A stretch of DNA of 33,581 bases from Phoronis australis (taxonomy: Eukaryota > Animalia > Phoronida): contig NMRA01001102.1 in NCBI GenBank assembly GCA_002633005.1, positions 21,160 through 54,740 on the forward strand. The letters are read 5' to 3'. The position numbers were made by a program, and so were the translations under genes. Under the pieces are notes generated by a model that had not been told where the DNA came from, did no database searches, and saw only the letters and a program-made list of their open reading frames with translations. Of the stretch, positions 10,048-22,902 are shown piece by piece (the first letter of the stretch is position 1; each line of letters begins with the position of its first letter).

Positions 10048-10942
10048 ATTTATATCCTTTAGATTGGACGGAGACTGATGTTAAAAACAATTACGCGGTT
10101 TAATAATTTCGCCACTTGCGACTTCACATTTAGTACCTCCCCACACGTATGAAAACATTACTCAGTTTAAGAAGGAGGATTTCAGGAAGGGTTAGTCACC
10201 GTTGCCTATTTAGCAGAAATTTCCAAATTGTTCCCTTTGAGGGTTGACGAGACTGGATGTCCATTACTTTGCCTCATGTTAAAATGATGTACTGATAGTT
10301 ATTTGCAAATATGTTATAACAGGTTTTAGTATTGCTGTAAAGGAAGTAAGCTGTAAAAATTGTTAAGTTGCAGGTAATTCTGTATCGGCATTTCAATTGA
10401 TTTTAAAGATCCCAAAATAGTGTACAAGAAGTACACGGCGAAAGAAGCAAATAACGTTTGTGAAAAATGGAATTTTTATAAGCTAATTATAGTATTACAG
10501 TATTCATGTGTTGGTTCTTATAATTGTTTTTAGCATACTGTTTAAATTGTGTCCGAGGAATCGGTTATATGCATTACTAACTTAGTAGCTTGTGTTCATA
10601 GAATTTGCATTTAACAGACCATCATAGATTTTGTGAGCAATGTGTACGTCGTGGTCGTCGTTATCTTTGACATCACCTTAGTCGAATCGGATTTGAGCTT
10701 GAGACGAATCATAATTGATGGGCGTTTCGCCACTTATTCGCATATGTGTGCTCACTCGTGTATGAAATATATAATATGTTTGCTAATTTTTTTTTGTTCG
10801 CACGATACAGGTCGCAATTTTCGTCCGATCATCACGAAATTTACACATAACACGTAGTTTCGGAAGTACTGGAAGCCTATTGTTTTTCGTCATAATCGGA
10901 TCCAAGATGGCGGATGTGGCGGCCATTTTCTTTTCATTTTAA

Positions 10943-11877
10943 AGTGTACGCAACATGACTCTAGTACCTCAAAATGAATTTTATTATTATATCTTACTTG
11001 ATTTATGTGCCTTTAGTGCACAGCTCATAAAGAAACACGTAAAAATTGAAAAAATAATAATTATGTACAACGTCATGGGTTGAACCCAAGTCGTTCGGCA
11101 CACTGTTCGGATCAGCAACTAAGTGTATAGAGTGAAGTGAAAGTAAAGTATATTTAGCGTCGAGAAGGTTCGTAGAGGGATGAAAAGATGTGTTTGCGGA
11201 GGCTGCAGCAACAGCAGTCAGACGGAGAACGTCTCGGTGTTCCGAAGGACGCCAAAGTTGCGCAGTAGTGGCATCGCTTCGTGCGCCAAACGAGAGTGTG
11301 GGACCTCAGCGTGGACCAAGCGATTCTGTCCGGGGCCACTCTGTGTTCTGCCCACTTTGAGGAGTCGTGTTTCGACTCCAATCAGAGGAGATGTTACGAT
11401 GAAGGCCTGGTTCAATAAAGGACAATATTTACTATTCAGAAACATCGGCTCTTTATTCCGGATCGTCTGTTGGATGACTGGGTTGACTGGCCGAGCCCGA
11501 GGCCGCTTCTCTCGCGGGAGGATCCAGTTCGTAAGGCCTCAAAGTAGAAAAGTACGCAGCTGAAAACATCAAAATCGTTCTCGCTTTCGTGTAACCCCAT
11601 TTCGTCATCGTGGCCACCATTCTCGTACGTTTCTTCATAGTATTTGTTCATTTCTTGCTCATAATCGTTGTCGCTTTCAAATTCCCTACTCTCTGCCGTT
11701 GCTCAATGCTAGTCGCTGATCTCTTGTGTTCAACCCATGATGTCACACGGCGGGAAATCTGAAAATTGGCAAAATTGAAATAGAAATCAAAATTTCGAGC
11801 TAATGACACAAAATAATCATGGATTTGGCTAAATTTTACGTCATACGAAATGTGCAAAAATCCATGGTGTGTACTGC
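10943..11877 (+). mobile_element. Non-autonomous TTAA-targeting DNA transposon, Kolobok-like (935 bp), nested in the array
   Basis: TTAA is duplicated at 10939-10942 and 11878-11881. The empty site CATTTTAAGACTCAAAGG is present in a sister unit at ~14249. Imperfect TIRs AGTGTACGCAACATG / CATGGTGTGTACTGC flank an internal THAP remnant. Confidence 0.75.
11180..11418 (+). pseudogene. THAP zinc-finger remnant
   Basis: MKRCVCGGCSNS, then a frameshift, then PKDAKVAQ*WHRFVRQTR..LCSAHFEESCF. This gives the C2CH signature plus the conserved P, W and F of THAP. Confidence 0.8.
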
Positions 11878-14800
11878 TTAAGATTCAAAGGCTTCTGGAG
11901 GCTACAATTTTTTACGTACAAGAATAAGAATTGGCACAGTAAATAGACCGGAAATGTGTTACAAGTAAGCCGGAAATTGTTAACTTCCGGTTAAAGATGG
12001 CGGAAATATAGGCGATCGCGCATGCGCACCTCGATTTTAGCCTAAAATGGTTTTCTCCTGTAGAGGGCGCATTATAAGGCTAATTCCTTCGATTTTTTCA
12101 CATATTTTTTATTAGTTTCTTATGATATGCTATTATATAAAGCCAAACAACCGGAAGTTGCTTTCAAGATGGCGGATCTGGCGCATGTTGACCCATTTTC
12201 AGTCGTGCTGGAGTGCGATTTTAAACATGAAGAGAAAAAGAGTGACGTGATTTTTTGCATGTGGATTATTTGAGGTATACTCTTTCAAATGACCCTTAAC
12301 AATTTTTTTCTCAGACTTACTGTTTTCGAGTTATTTGACTTTGAAATTCTTAAAAAAACACAAAATTTCATTTTTTTCGAAAAATTTACGGAATTGTGTG
12401 ATACTATCAATTTAAATAGAAATTTGAACGGACTTTCAGAAGATGTTTTCAATTTCCGGTACGACGTCTACTTTTCCAGTTATTCGAGATTTTCTGATAG
12501 CGCTGTTCCTTTGTTGAGCGCTCTTGCTGCATTGATGTTGGTGTAGCTTCTATTGAACTAGACTGTAGGCTATTTCTTATTGATTTATGACATCTAAGTT
12601 CGTCATATGAACGTTACGATGTTGTTCATCATCTCCACCACCATCATCACATTTGTCATCTTCGTCATCATCTCCGACGTCGTGTTTTCTTCAGTTAATT
12701 TCGCCAAGTGTCGCTCAAGACTGTAGCCTATTTCTTTGTGATTTCTGACCTCTACGTTCGTCATAAGAATGATATCATAACTTGCATTGTCCATCATCGC
12801 CACCATCGTCGTCATAGCTGTCATCTTCGTCATCATCTCTGTCGTCGTCTTTTCTGGTCATCTCTAACGTGGATTTTTGTTTTTACTTGTTTTTTTGTTT
12901 GTTTGCACGATACAGGTCGCAATTTTCGTCCAGTCATCACGAAATTTACACATAACACGTAGTTTTGGAAGTACTGGAAGCCTATTGTTTTTCGTCATAA
13001 TCGGATCCAAGATGGCGGATGAGGCGGCCATTTTGTTTTGGATTAAAGGTTCAAATGCTTCTGGAGGCTACAATTTCTTACGTACAAAGCTAAGAATCGG
13101 CACAGTAAATGGACCGGAAATGTGCTACAAGTACACCGGAAATTGTTTACTTTTGGTCAAAGATGGTGGAAATATCGGCGATCGCGCATGCACACCTCGA
13201 TTTTGGCCTAAAAACGTTTTCTCCTGTAGAGGGCGCATTATAGAGGCAATTCCTTCGATTTTTTTCACGTATTAGTTTTTTATGACATGCTATTATATAA
13301 AACCAAAAAACTGGAAGTTGCTTTCAAGATGGCGGATCTGGCGCATGTTGACCTATTTTCAGTCGTGCTGGAGTGCGATTTTAAACGGAAACAGAAAAAG
13401 ACGTGATTTTTTGCGTGTGGATTCTTTGAGGTATATTCTTTCAAGTGACCTGTAACAATTTTTTCTCAGACTTACCGTTTTCGAGTTATTTGACTTTGAA
13501 ACTTACCGTTTTCGAGTTATTTGACTTTGAAATTCTTAAAAAACGCAAAATTTCATTTTTTTTCGAAAAATTTACGAAATTAGACGATATCATCAGTTTA
13601 GATAGAACTTTGAACGGGCTTTCAGAAGATTTTTCCATTTTTCGCTAGGACGTCCACGTTTTGAGTTATTTGAGATTTTCTGATAACGCTGTTCCTTTTT
13701 TGAGCGCTCTTGCTGCATTGATGTTGGTTTAGCTTCTATTGAACTAGACTGGAGCCTATTTCTTATTGATTTATGACATCTAAGTTCGTCATATGAATGT
13801 TATGATGTTGTTCATAATTGCCACCACCATCATCATATTCGTCATCTTCGTTATCTCCGACGTCGTCTTTTCTTCATTTAATTTCGCCAAGTGTCGCTCA
13901 AGACTAGCCTATTTCTTAGTGATTTCTGACATCTACGTTCGTCATACGAACGATATCATAACTTGCATTGGCAATCATCGCCACCATCGTCGTCATAGCT
14001 GTCATCTTCGTCATCATCTCTGTCGTCGTCCTTTCTCGTCATCTCTAAAGTGGTTTTTTGGTTAATTTCGCCAAGTTTCGCTCCTCGGAGCGCTTTCATT
14101 TTTTTGTTTGTTCGCACGATACAGGTCGTAATTTTCGTCCAATCATCACGAAATTTACACATAACACGTAGTTCTGGAAGTACTGGAAGCCTATTGTTTT
14201 TCGTCAAAATCAGATCCAAGATGGCGGCTGTGGCGGCCATTTTGTTTTCATTTTAAGACTCAAAGGCTTCCGTAGTTCTGGAAGTACTGGAAGCCTTTTG
14301 TTTTTCGTCAAAATCGGATCCAAGATGGCGGCTGCGGCGGCCATTTTGTTTTCATTTTAAGACTCAAAGGCTTCTAGAGGCTACATTTTTTAAGTACAGA
14401 GCTGAAAATCGGCACAATTAATGGATCGGAAGTGTGCTACAAGTATACAGGAATTTGTTTACTTCCGGTTAAAGATAGCGGAAATATCGGCTATCGCGCA
14501 TGCGCACCTCGATTTTGGCCTAAAATCGTTTTCTCCTGTAGAGAGCGCATTATTGGGCCAATTCCTTCGAATTTTTACAGATATTAGTTTCTGATGAAAT
14601 GCTATTATACTGAGCCAAAAAACCGGAAGTTGCTTTCAAGATGGCGGATCTGACGCATGTTGACCCATTTTCAGTCGTGCTGGAGTGCGATTTTGAACGG
14701 GAAGAGAAAAAAACGTGATTTTTTGCATGTGGGATCTTTGAGGTATACTCTTTCAAATGACCTGTAACAATTTTTTTCTCAGACTTACCGTTTTCGAGTT

Positions 14801-17789
14801 ATCTTAAAAAAACGCAAAATGTCATTTTTTAAAAAAAATACGAAATTAGGCGATACCATCAGTGTAGATAGAGTTTGGACGGGCTTTCAGAACATGTTTT
14901 CCATTTTTTGCTAGGACGTCTACTTTTTGAATTATTCGAGATTTTCTGATAGTGCTGTTCCTTTGTTGAGCGCTGTTGCTATATTGATGTTGGTTTAGTT
15001 TCGATTGGGCAAGAGTGGAGGCTACTTGTTGCTGATTTATGACATTTGAGTGCTTCATATAAATGTTATGATGTTGTTCAGCATCATCACCATTGTCATC
15101 ATATTCGTTATCTTCGTCATTATCTCCGTCGTCGTCCTTTCAGTTAATTTCGCCAAGTGTCGTTCAAGACTTCAGCCTATACTTACTGATGTCTGGCCTC
15201 TACGTTCGTCTTGGGAATGTTATCACTACTTGAATTGTTCATCATCGCCACCATCGTCGTCATAGCTGTCATCTTTGTTAACATCTCTGTCGTCGTCTTT
15301 TCTCGTCATCTCTAACGTGGTTTTTTGGTTAACTTCGCCAAGTTTCGTTCCTCTGAGCGCTTTCATTTTTTTGCTTGTTAGCACGATACAGGTCGCAATT
15401 TTCGTCCGATCATCACGAAATTTACACATAACACGTAGTTTCGGAAGTACTGGAAGCCTATTGTTTTTCGTCATAATCGGATACAAGATGGCGGATGTGG
15501 CGGCCATTTGGGTTTCGATTTAAAGTTCAAATGCTCTGGAGGCTACAATTTTTTACGTAAAAGGCTAAGAATCGGCACAGTAAATGGCTTGGAAGTGTAC
15601 AAGAGCACTGGAAATAGTTCACTTCCGGTTAATTATGGCGGAAATATCGGCGATCGTGCATTTTAAGATTGAAAGGCTTCTGGAGGCTACAATTTTTTAC
15701 GTACAGATTTGAAACTCAGCACAATTAATGGACCGGATGAGCACTACTTGTGTACCGGAAATTGTTTACTTCCGGTCAAAGATGGCAGAAATATTGGCAT
15801 TCGCGCATGCGCACCTCGATTTCGGAAAAAAAACGTTTTCTCCTGTAGAGGGCGCAATATAGGGCAAATTCCTGTGAATTTTTGCAGTTATTAGTTTTTT
15901 ATGATTTGCTATTATACAAAGCCAAAAAACCGGAAGTTGCTTTCAAGATGGCGGTTCTGGCGCATGTTGACCTATTTTCAGTCATGCTGTGGTGTCACTT
16001 AAACGGGGGGAGAAAATGACGTGAATTTTTGCATGTGGATTCTCTAAGGTATATTCTTTCAAATGAACTATAATAATTTTTTTCTCAGACTTACTGTTTT
16101 CAAGATATTTGACTTTAAATTTCTTTAAAAAAACGCAAAATTTCATTTTTTTTTCGAAAAAAATTTACGGAATTGTGTGATACAATCAATTTAGATAGAG
16201 TTTTGAACGGGATTTCAGAAGATGTTTTTGCTAAGACGCCTACTTTTCGAGTTATTTGAGATTTTCTGATAACGCTGTTCCTTTGTTGAGCGCTCTTGCT
16301 GCATTGATATTGGTTTAGCTTCTATTGAACTAGACTGTAGCATATTTCTTATTGATTTAGGACATCTACGTTCGTCATATGAATGTAATGATGTTGTTCA
16401 TAGTCGCCACCACCATCATCATATTCGTCATCATCTCCGACGTCTTGTTTTCTTCAGTTAATTTTGCCAAATGTTGCTCAAGACTGTAGCCTATTTCTTA
16501 GTGATTTCTGACCTCTACGTTCGTCATATGAATGATATCATAACTTGCATTGTCCATCATCGCCACCATAATCGTCATAGTTGTCATCTTCGTCATCATC
16601 TCTGTCGTCGTCTTTTCTCGTCATCTCTAACGTGTTTTTTTTGGTTAATTTTGCCAAGTTTCGCTCCTCGGAGCGCTTTCATTTGTTTGTTCGCTCTCTA
16701 CAGGTCGCAATTCTCGCCCGATTTTCACGAAATTTGCACGCGACATGTAGATTGGAAAGTCCTAGAAGCCTATTGTTTCTGGTCATGATCGAATTCAAAA
16801 TGGCGGACGTGGGGACCATTTTGTTTCCGATTTCACCATCAAATGCTCATGGAGGCCGCATTTTTTGAGGTACAGAGNACAATTAATGGACCGGATGAGC
16901 ACTACTTGTGTACCGGAAATTGTTTACTTCCGGTCAAAGATGGCAGAAATATTGTCATTCGCGCATGCGCACCTTGATTTCGGAAAAAAAAACGTTTTCT
17001 CCTGTAGAGGGCGCAATATAGGGCAAATTCCTGTGAATTTTTTGCAGTTATTAGTTTTTTATGATTTGCTATTATACAAAGCCAAAAAACCGGAAGTTGC
17101 TTTCAAGATGGCGGTTCTGGCGCATGTTGACCTATTTTCAGTCATGCTGTGGTGTCACTTAAACGGGAGGAGAAAATGACGTGAATTTTTGCATGTGGAT
17201 TCTCTAAGGTATATTCTTTCAAATGAACTATAATAATTTTTTCTCAGACTTACTGTTTTCAAGATATTTGACTTTAAATTTCTTTAAAAAAACTCAAAAT
17301 TTCATTTTTTTTCGAAAAAAATTTACGGAATTGTGTGATACAATCAATTTAGATAGAGTTTTGAACGGGATTTCAGAAGATGTTTTTGCTAAGACGCCTA
17401 CTTTTCGAGTTATTTGAGATTTTCTGATAACGCTGCTCCTTTGTTGAGCGCTCTTGCTGCATTGATATTGGTTTAGCTTCTATTGAACTAGACTGTAGCA
17501 TATTTCTTATTGATTTAGGACATCTACGTTCGTCATATGAATGTAATGATGTTGTTCATAATCGCCACCACCATCATCATATTCGTCATCTTCGTCATCA
17601 TCTCCGACGTCGTGTTTTCTTCAGTTAATTTTGCCAAATGTTGCTCAAGACTGTAGCCTATTTCTTAGTGATTTCTGACCTCTACGTTCGTCATATGAAT
17701 GATATCATAACTTGCATTGTCCATCATCGTCACCATAATCGTCATAGTTGTCATCTTCGTCATCATCTCTGTCGTCGTCTTTTCTCGTC

Positions 17790-17834
17790 NNNNNNNNNNN
17801 NNNNNNNNNNNNNNNNNNNNNNNNNNNNNNNNNN
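17790..17834. other. Assembly gap (N run); single Ns also at 16878 and 20337
   Basis: Ns in the sequence. Confidence 0.99.
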
Positions 17835-18489
17835 GGGAGGGGGATTTACCCCGTGTAAGACAACTTTTTATTTTCATAGCCAAACAATGAAATTTCCATG
17901 CATCCTGGTACGTTTCTGGCACTTAACATGTCCCAGGAGTTTTTCTTAAGATAATTAAAAACCCTTCTCGATTTCGTCAAATGAACTTGGCTCATAAGTT
18001 TCGTGAAACCATATCGATTTTTGCACATCTGGTTATGAGTCACACCACCAGCAAAATTTTTTGTTGGAACATCTGCTTATACACACCTTTTTAGCATACA
18101 AAAAAGTGTGGTGTGTATACAGGGGTTTAGACAACTACCAAACATTGAAGAGCATAAGGAGCACCCACGGGGCGTAAAAACTTGAATATCAGATGATCGC
18201 AACAGCCTCAAGCTGTTTAAGAATGAAGACCTGCACTGTTAGTCCTGAAATAAACATGTGTTCTCTCTCGTTACGAGAAAAAAAACTGGCGAACGATAGT
18301 GCTCTCAGCTCATAGTCTATTATTAAAGCGACAATAAACAATTAAGTATCACTTTATTAAGCTGAATCACGTTGACAACAATTGAAAAACGTCAAGTGTA
18401 TCAGGAAACAAATCATCTGAAAACAGTTTCACGAAACCAAAACACTCTGTAGGCCTACACCGTGGTGAAAAGATATACATGTACAGGAG

Positions 18490-18765
18490 CAGTTCGTAGA
18501 GGGACCAGATGTACACTGAGAGTACACAAAACTCTGGCCTGGTCAGTCACGAGACCAAAAGTACACCTGTGCTTATTATCCCTATAAAAATAGTCGATCT
18601 GTCGCGGGACCAAACAGTACTGGCTCAGATAAATAGATTTAAAAAGCACACTTTGGTAAAAAACATCACAAGACTAGTTCGCCGAGGGACCAGAAGTACA
18701 CTGAAACTCGATATCTACACAAATCAAGCTGGCCTGGTCCGTCGTGAGACCTAAAGCGTACTTTG
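18490..18765. repeat. Degenerate 50-80 bp tandem repeat (GRGACCARAAGTACAC-like core, 5 copies)
   Basis: Cores at ~18501, 18551, 18606, 18686 and 18746. Confidence 0.65.
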
Positions 18766-18834
18766 CAAAAAAATTTGAATTGAAACTTGTCTCTAGACAC
18801 GTTTTAATCCCCAGTGGTTGCTCATACGTGTAGT

Positions 18835-19510
18835 TTACACATCTGGTGGTCAACTGCTGCGAGAGGTTGTCAAGGAAGGGTTTTCGCACCGTTCTGTAGT
18901 ACTCACTGGAAGAAACAAGTATTGGGTACAGATTTAACTACGCACTACGTGAAATAAGATTTTGGATATGAAGCAGATAGACTCATGTGGAAATACAAAC
19001 CAGAATCAGTTTCTGTGCGCTCGTAGACCCTCTGGTGTACTGGGTAAATTTGGCATGTCTAAAAATAATTTCTATTTCGTTTTCATTGTACACAAGCATA
19101 AAAAACCGACATTATTACAAACTGTGAATAATTATAACTTATTACCTGGGTGTTTCTCCAGGAACGTTGGTCCTATCTTCCTGCTGCCTAGACTGCTGAG
19201 GAATCTGTATATCGGATCCAATGGTTTGCTTGTCTTAGAACCATTCTACCCAGACATCTTCGACGTTTGTTCCCAACGCTTGCACTTCGTCAACTGTTGT
19301 GTCAATGAGCTTGTCCACCTCTACAATGCAGCATCTCGTTTCGCAGCTCAGTTGGCACTAAGCCCCCTGAGGTTACCAAGTCCATTCAAAAGACTTACAG
19401 CATGCGCAATTAAATTTGTTCCGTTCATCATGGACTATTTCAAACCTTGACGATGTATCCCAGGACCCATTTGCATCTCTTGCAATTTTCGAAATAAACG
19501 TCCCAATGTG
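18835..19510 (-). pseudogene. Decayed hAT transposase fragment (THAP12/PRKRIR-like), with an intron
   Basis: Minus strand reads LGNLRGLSAN..VQALGTNVEDVWVEWF*..IPQQSRQQEDRTNVPGETP|gt-intron(19145-18906)-ag|SEYYRTVRKPFLDNLSQQLTTR. This matches the PR..RQ.HR.N.P..TPE.YYR...PFLD..L..RF segment of this hAT group. Confidence 0.7.
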
Positions 19511-20850
19511 TGAACGCTTGAAACCCGAAGTACTAACACCAAAAAATATGCCTATTGGCATGGGCGTTTCGTCTGGTGGGCCTTTTTGCGGAAATTCCCA
19601 GTATAGAAAACCTCAGTGGTGCTTATTGCAGGTAGAAAGACGGTAGGTGTTGTGGTCGGCAGTAGGGCTCCTTAGAAAGCCCACTGAACATCGCACAAAT
19701 TCCGCAATACTTTGTTGTGAAAATACAGCCTCCCCGCAATTTCTAGTACCGTACACTGTTCGCGAATGCGATCACTTTGTTAATGTGAGTGCCACCTTGG
19801 TCATTCCTTGTATAGACATAACTTGTTAGAGTGCCATGATCTTCAAACAGACTCGCGAGCAGACCACGGCGCACGCCACAATAGCAATTCTTCGGAAAAC
19901 GAGTATTACATGAACATGTACACTGTATGATATTGCGCAAGACAACTTTACAATACACCAGTCAAATTCGAGTTACAAACGTGTGGGGTGTAATAGGATG
20001 ACACGGCATGACAGATGAGGTAAAAACATTGCCCGTCAATTCGCCTGAATATCAGGGTTGCGGCACCACAGTAGTTCCCCTAATCAAATCAAAACATATC
20101 TTAGAGTAAAGAAACTAGTAACCTAAAGAAATCAGCTATACAGCTGCTCTTTCAGCGGTGGATCCATCTAAAATGCTTGGCTAGTCTACTTCAGACGTGG
20201 CGACGGAAGCGCGCGCACAATTGATCTCCGGGGTTTTGTTTTGCCTATGAGCCACGAAGACTCGAATCGCGTTGATTTTCATAACAGCAATTCACAATGC
20301 AAAAAACATATTTTCAGAGTGAACTTCCCCCCCCCNCCGATGAGCCACGAAGACTCGAATTGCGTTGATTTTCATAACAGCAATTCACAATGCAAAAAAT
20401 ATATTTTCAGAGTGAACCTCCTCATTTTTTCCAAGTTGGTTTACTCGGGGTTTACACACGCTGGCGGTGCCTTTTTGTTTTTCTGTTTACTATAAAACAA
20501 TTGAAAATTTTAAAAAATAAGAAATAAAGTGAATCTATCAATTAAGGTTTAGCAACTAGTCTAGTTTACTACCCATTTTATCACGCTAAGCTTCGACCGG
20601 GAAAATATCGTCTGCTAAAGCCATTAAGTTTCCACTGGTTACTGAGTAAAATCCCGAAGTCAAAGGATCCCGACGACACTATAGAGCATTCAAATTGGAG
20701 ATCGATGATTTACAAGTAAAAAAAAATAAGAGGTAAATTTTACTGAAGTCAGATATCGTTTTTATGAAAATTATGCGTCTTATCTTTCATAACATATAAA
20801 TGTCAGTAAAATGCCTTGTGTTAAACATGCGATTATTGCGCGTGCTCACT

Positions 20851-21010
20851 TAAAGTCCTTGTTGCAAACTGCCCATGTGGTTCTAGTATCCGAAAATACT
20901 TACTACATAAATTCTTATTTTCGAATTAGGTCTATGGCGGTAAAGTCCTGCTCTCAAACTGCCTATGTGGTTCCAGTATCCGAAAATACTACATAAATTC
21001 TTATTTTCGA
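20851..21010. repeat. Diverged ~70-bp direct duplication (period 90)
   Basis: TAAAGTCCT...GTATCCGAAAATACT...ACATAAATTCTTATTTTCGA at 20851 and 20941. Confidence 0.8.
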
Positions 21011-22521
21011 CACCCTTTCTTTATATTCTTTTCGCCTTTCCTGCCAAAAGCGATTTTTTAACAGTATTTGACCCTTCTCTGTGAGCGTATAATTACCGGC
21101 TGTCATCGGTTATTTCCGTACCCATATTTCCGGCCCATCAGTTCTGAACGCCGCCATTTTTTCCTTGTAACTGAATGTGCTATGGCTTGCTCGAAAAGTC
21201 TTCGTTATTTTGTTTTATTAGTAATATCTCGTGATTCGTTTGTATATGTAGTGTATTTATAGTTTGTAGTTAGTGGTCGTTGATTTTTTTGGAATGTTAC
21301 GCGTACTTAGTATGTTAAAATAGCATTACGTAGGCCGGTCGAACCTAGGAACCAATATGAGTCGAACCAATTTTTTTCGGTTTTATTTTTTTTCTCGTTT
21401 TCAAAAAGTACTTTGCTATCATCGGAAAGGTAGTACATTCTACTCAGTAAAAATCGAATAAGTATCAAAATCGGGGCAAGCAGTGTAAAGTTATTGCAAG
21501 TTTTGTGGCGAAATTTGGGTCACTTTGTTTGGATCGCGTCGGCCATATTGGAGGACAGCGGGATAAGTAACGAGTTTAAAACTTTGTGTAAATTGTTTTC
21601 GCCAACAAATTACGGTGAAATTTAGTTAGACATATCTTTAATTACTATTCTGCACGATTTAACAGTGTTCACCAAATTTCAGCCTCTCAGTTGTTACTCA
21701 TTAAGTGATAAATGTGCTCACAATTCCCGTTGGACTTCGTCTCATTTCTGGCGGCACCGACAACATGGCGACTTTTGCTGAACTGAAAGGCATGTTCAAT
21801 CGGCTACTTTGTAACTTGTGAAGATTTAACGTTGCTACAAAAAAGAAACTTTGTTCAATTTTCGTGTTTTTTGTGCAAAAATACAAGATATATTCGAATT
21901 ATTTTACTGTAAATTTCCCATTCAGGTGATCTTACACTAAGCTAAAAAAATAGTTGAAATAACTTTGAAATGTTTTTTTTTGTTTGACTGTCAACTGCTG
22001 TTCAAGACTTGATTCGGTGTCACAAAATGATTGATATTTTTCTAAATTTTAATTCTCAATTGCTTTCAAGTCATGTTTTGTAACTAATTGCTTCTTAATT
22101 CAGGTTATCGAGTCAACAATATGAATAATCTTAATTTGAGAAATAAGCTATGTTGGATTGTGAAGCTTCAAGCCTCTAATTCTTGTTCCTTGCAACTTCG
22201 TACTTTTTTAAATGATGCTTGTCAAATTCTGGTGTAAGGAAACACTATTCCGTCACCATGGTAATAGTTACATGTATGTCCACTTTCATATCATGGAAAC
22301 TGTTGCTGTTGAATAATGTTTGTAATGCTAAAGGTTGTAAAGTATTGTGCATTTTAAGTTACTTATTATGTTAAAAGGTTTAATCATTTTGGCTTAATGA
22401 ATACAAAATGATAACATTTTGTATTGGACTTGTCATACTTATGTGCTCGAACGAGCCCCTTTTTGGAGAACTGGAAAAAGGTCTGCCTCAGTCACAGAAG
22501 CACGAATTCCGATAAAATTAG

Positions 22522-22902
22522 TATAAATCGGTAAATAAAACAACAAGAATGGATCAACTGAAATTTGAAATTTTCGGATGTAATAACTTCCTTTGTCAAC
22601 AAAAACAGAAATAAAGTAAAATCAAAAACAAAATGACAATTGACATATAAGATATGGTGTAATGAAAATGATACATTTTTGCGTAAAAAAATCAATGACA
22701 TATTTTAAGAAGTTCAATCCATGAGGTTCTACTGTATTAAGTTTGTCTATCCAATATTGTTCTCTTTTGAGTCTGTGAGCGGTACTGGGGTGTTGGAGTT
22801 TTTCTATTATTTGTACAGAAAGATCTTGAATATTATGGTTTTTGGAATTGAAATGATTACCTATAGTATCAGAAATGTTTTTATGTATTATGTTAAATCT
22901 AT
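22522..22902 (-). repeat. Inverted pLTR (copy of the GIY-YIG C-terminus plus 3' UTR)
   Basis: The reverse complement matches 25834-26223 with a few substitutions, an 8-bp deletion and a 1-bp homopolymer indel. Confidence 0.95.
22564..22603 (-). ncRNA. Minimal hammerhead-like motif (U3-A8 variant), inverted pLTR copy
   Basis: Exact reverse complement of 26142-26181. Confidence 0.5.

Larger units (their letters stand above)
10630..17789 (+). repeat. Tandem array of ~1.2-1.3 kb complex units (5-6 copies), Helentron/HINE-like
   Basis: Anchor CAGGTCG(C/T)AATT recurs at ~10808, ~12913, ~14122, ~15389 and ~16700. Units contain repeated CAAGATGGCGG sub-blocks and CAT/CGT-rich low-complexity tracts. 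A short inverted repeat GTGAGCA...TGCTCAC (10633/10749) precedes the array, which ends at an N gap. The repeat is certain; the Helentron origin is inferred. Confidence 0.85.

Noticed and set aside
12289-17949. Many 60-130 aa ORFs (His-, Asp- or Ile-rich) in the array
   Set aside because: They are translations of CAT/CGT low-complexity repeat units, and frames and stops differ between copies.
18962-19646. 162-aa and 76-aa plus-strand ORFs
   Set aside because: Antisense to the hAT remnant, with no recognisable motifs.
20247-20418. ~80-bp direct repeat
   Set aside because: The copies sit either side of N20337 in a C-run, so this is probably a contig-overlap artefact.
21332-22150. Possible TAG-ended DNA transposon terminus (TAGGCCGGTCGAACC...)
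   Set aside because: No matching inverted end or TSD was found in the window.
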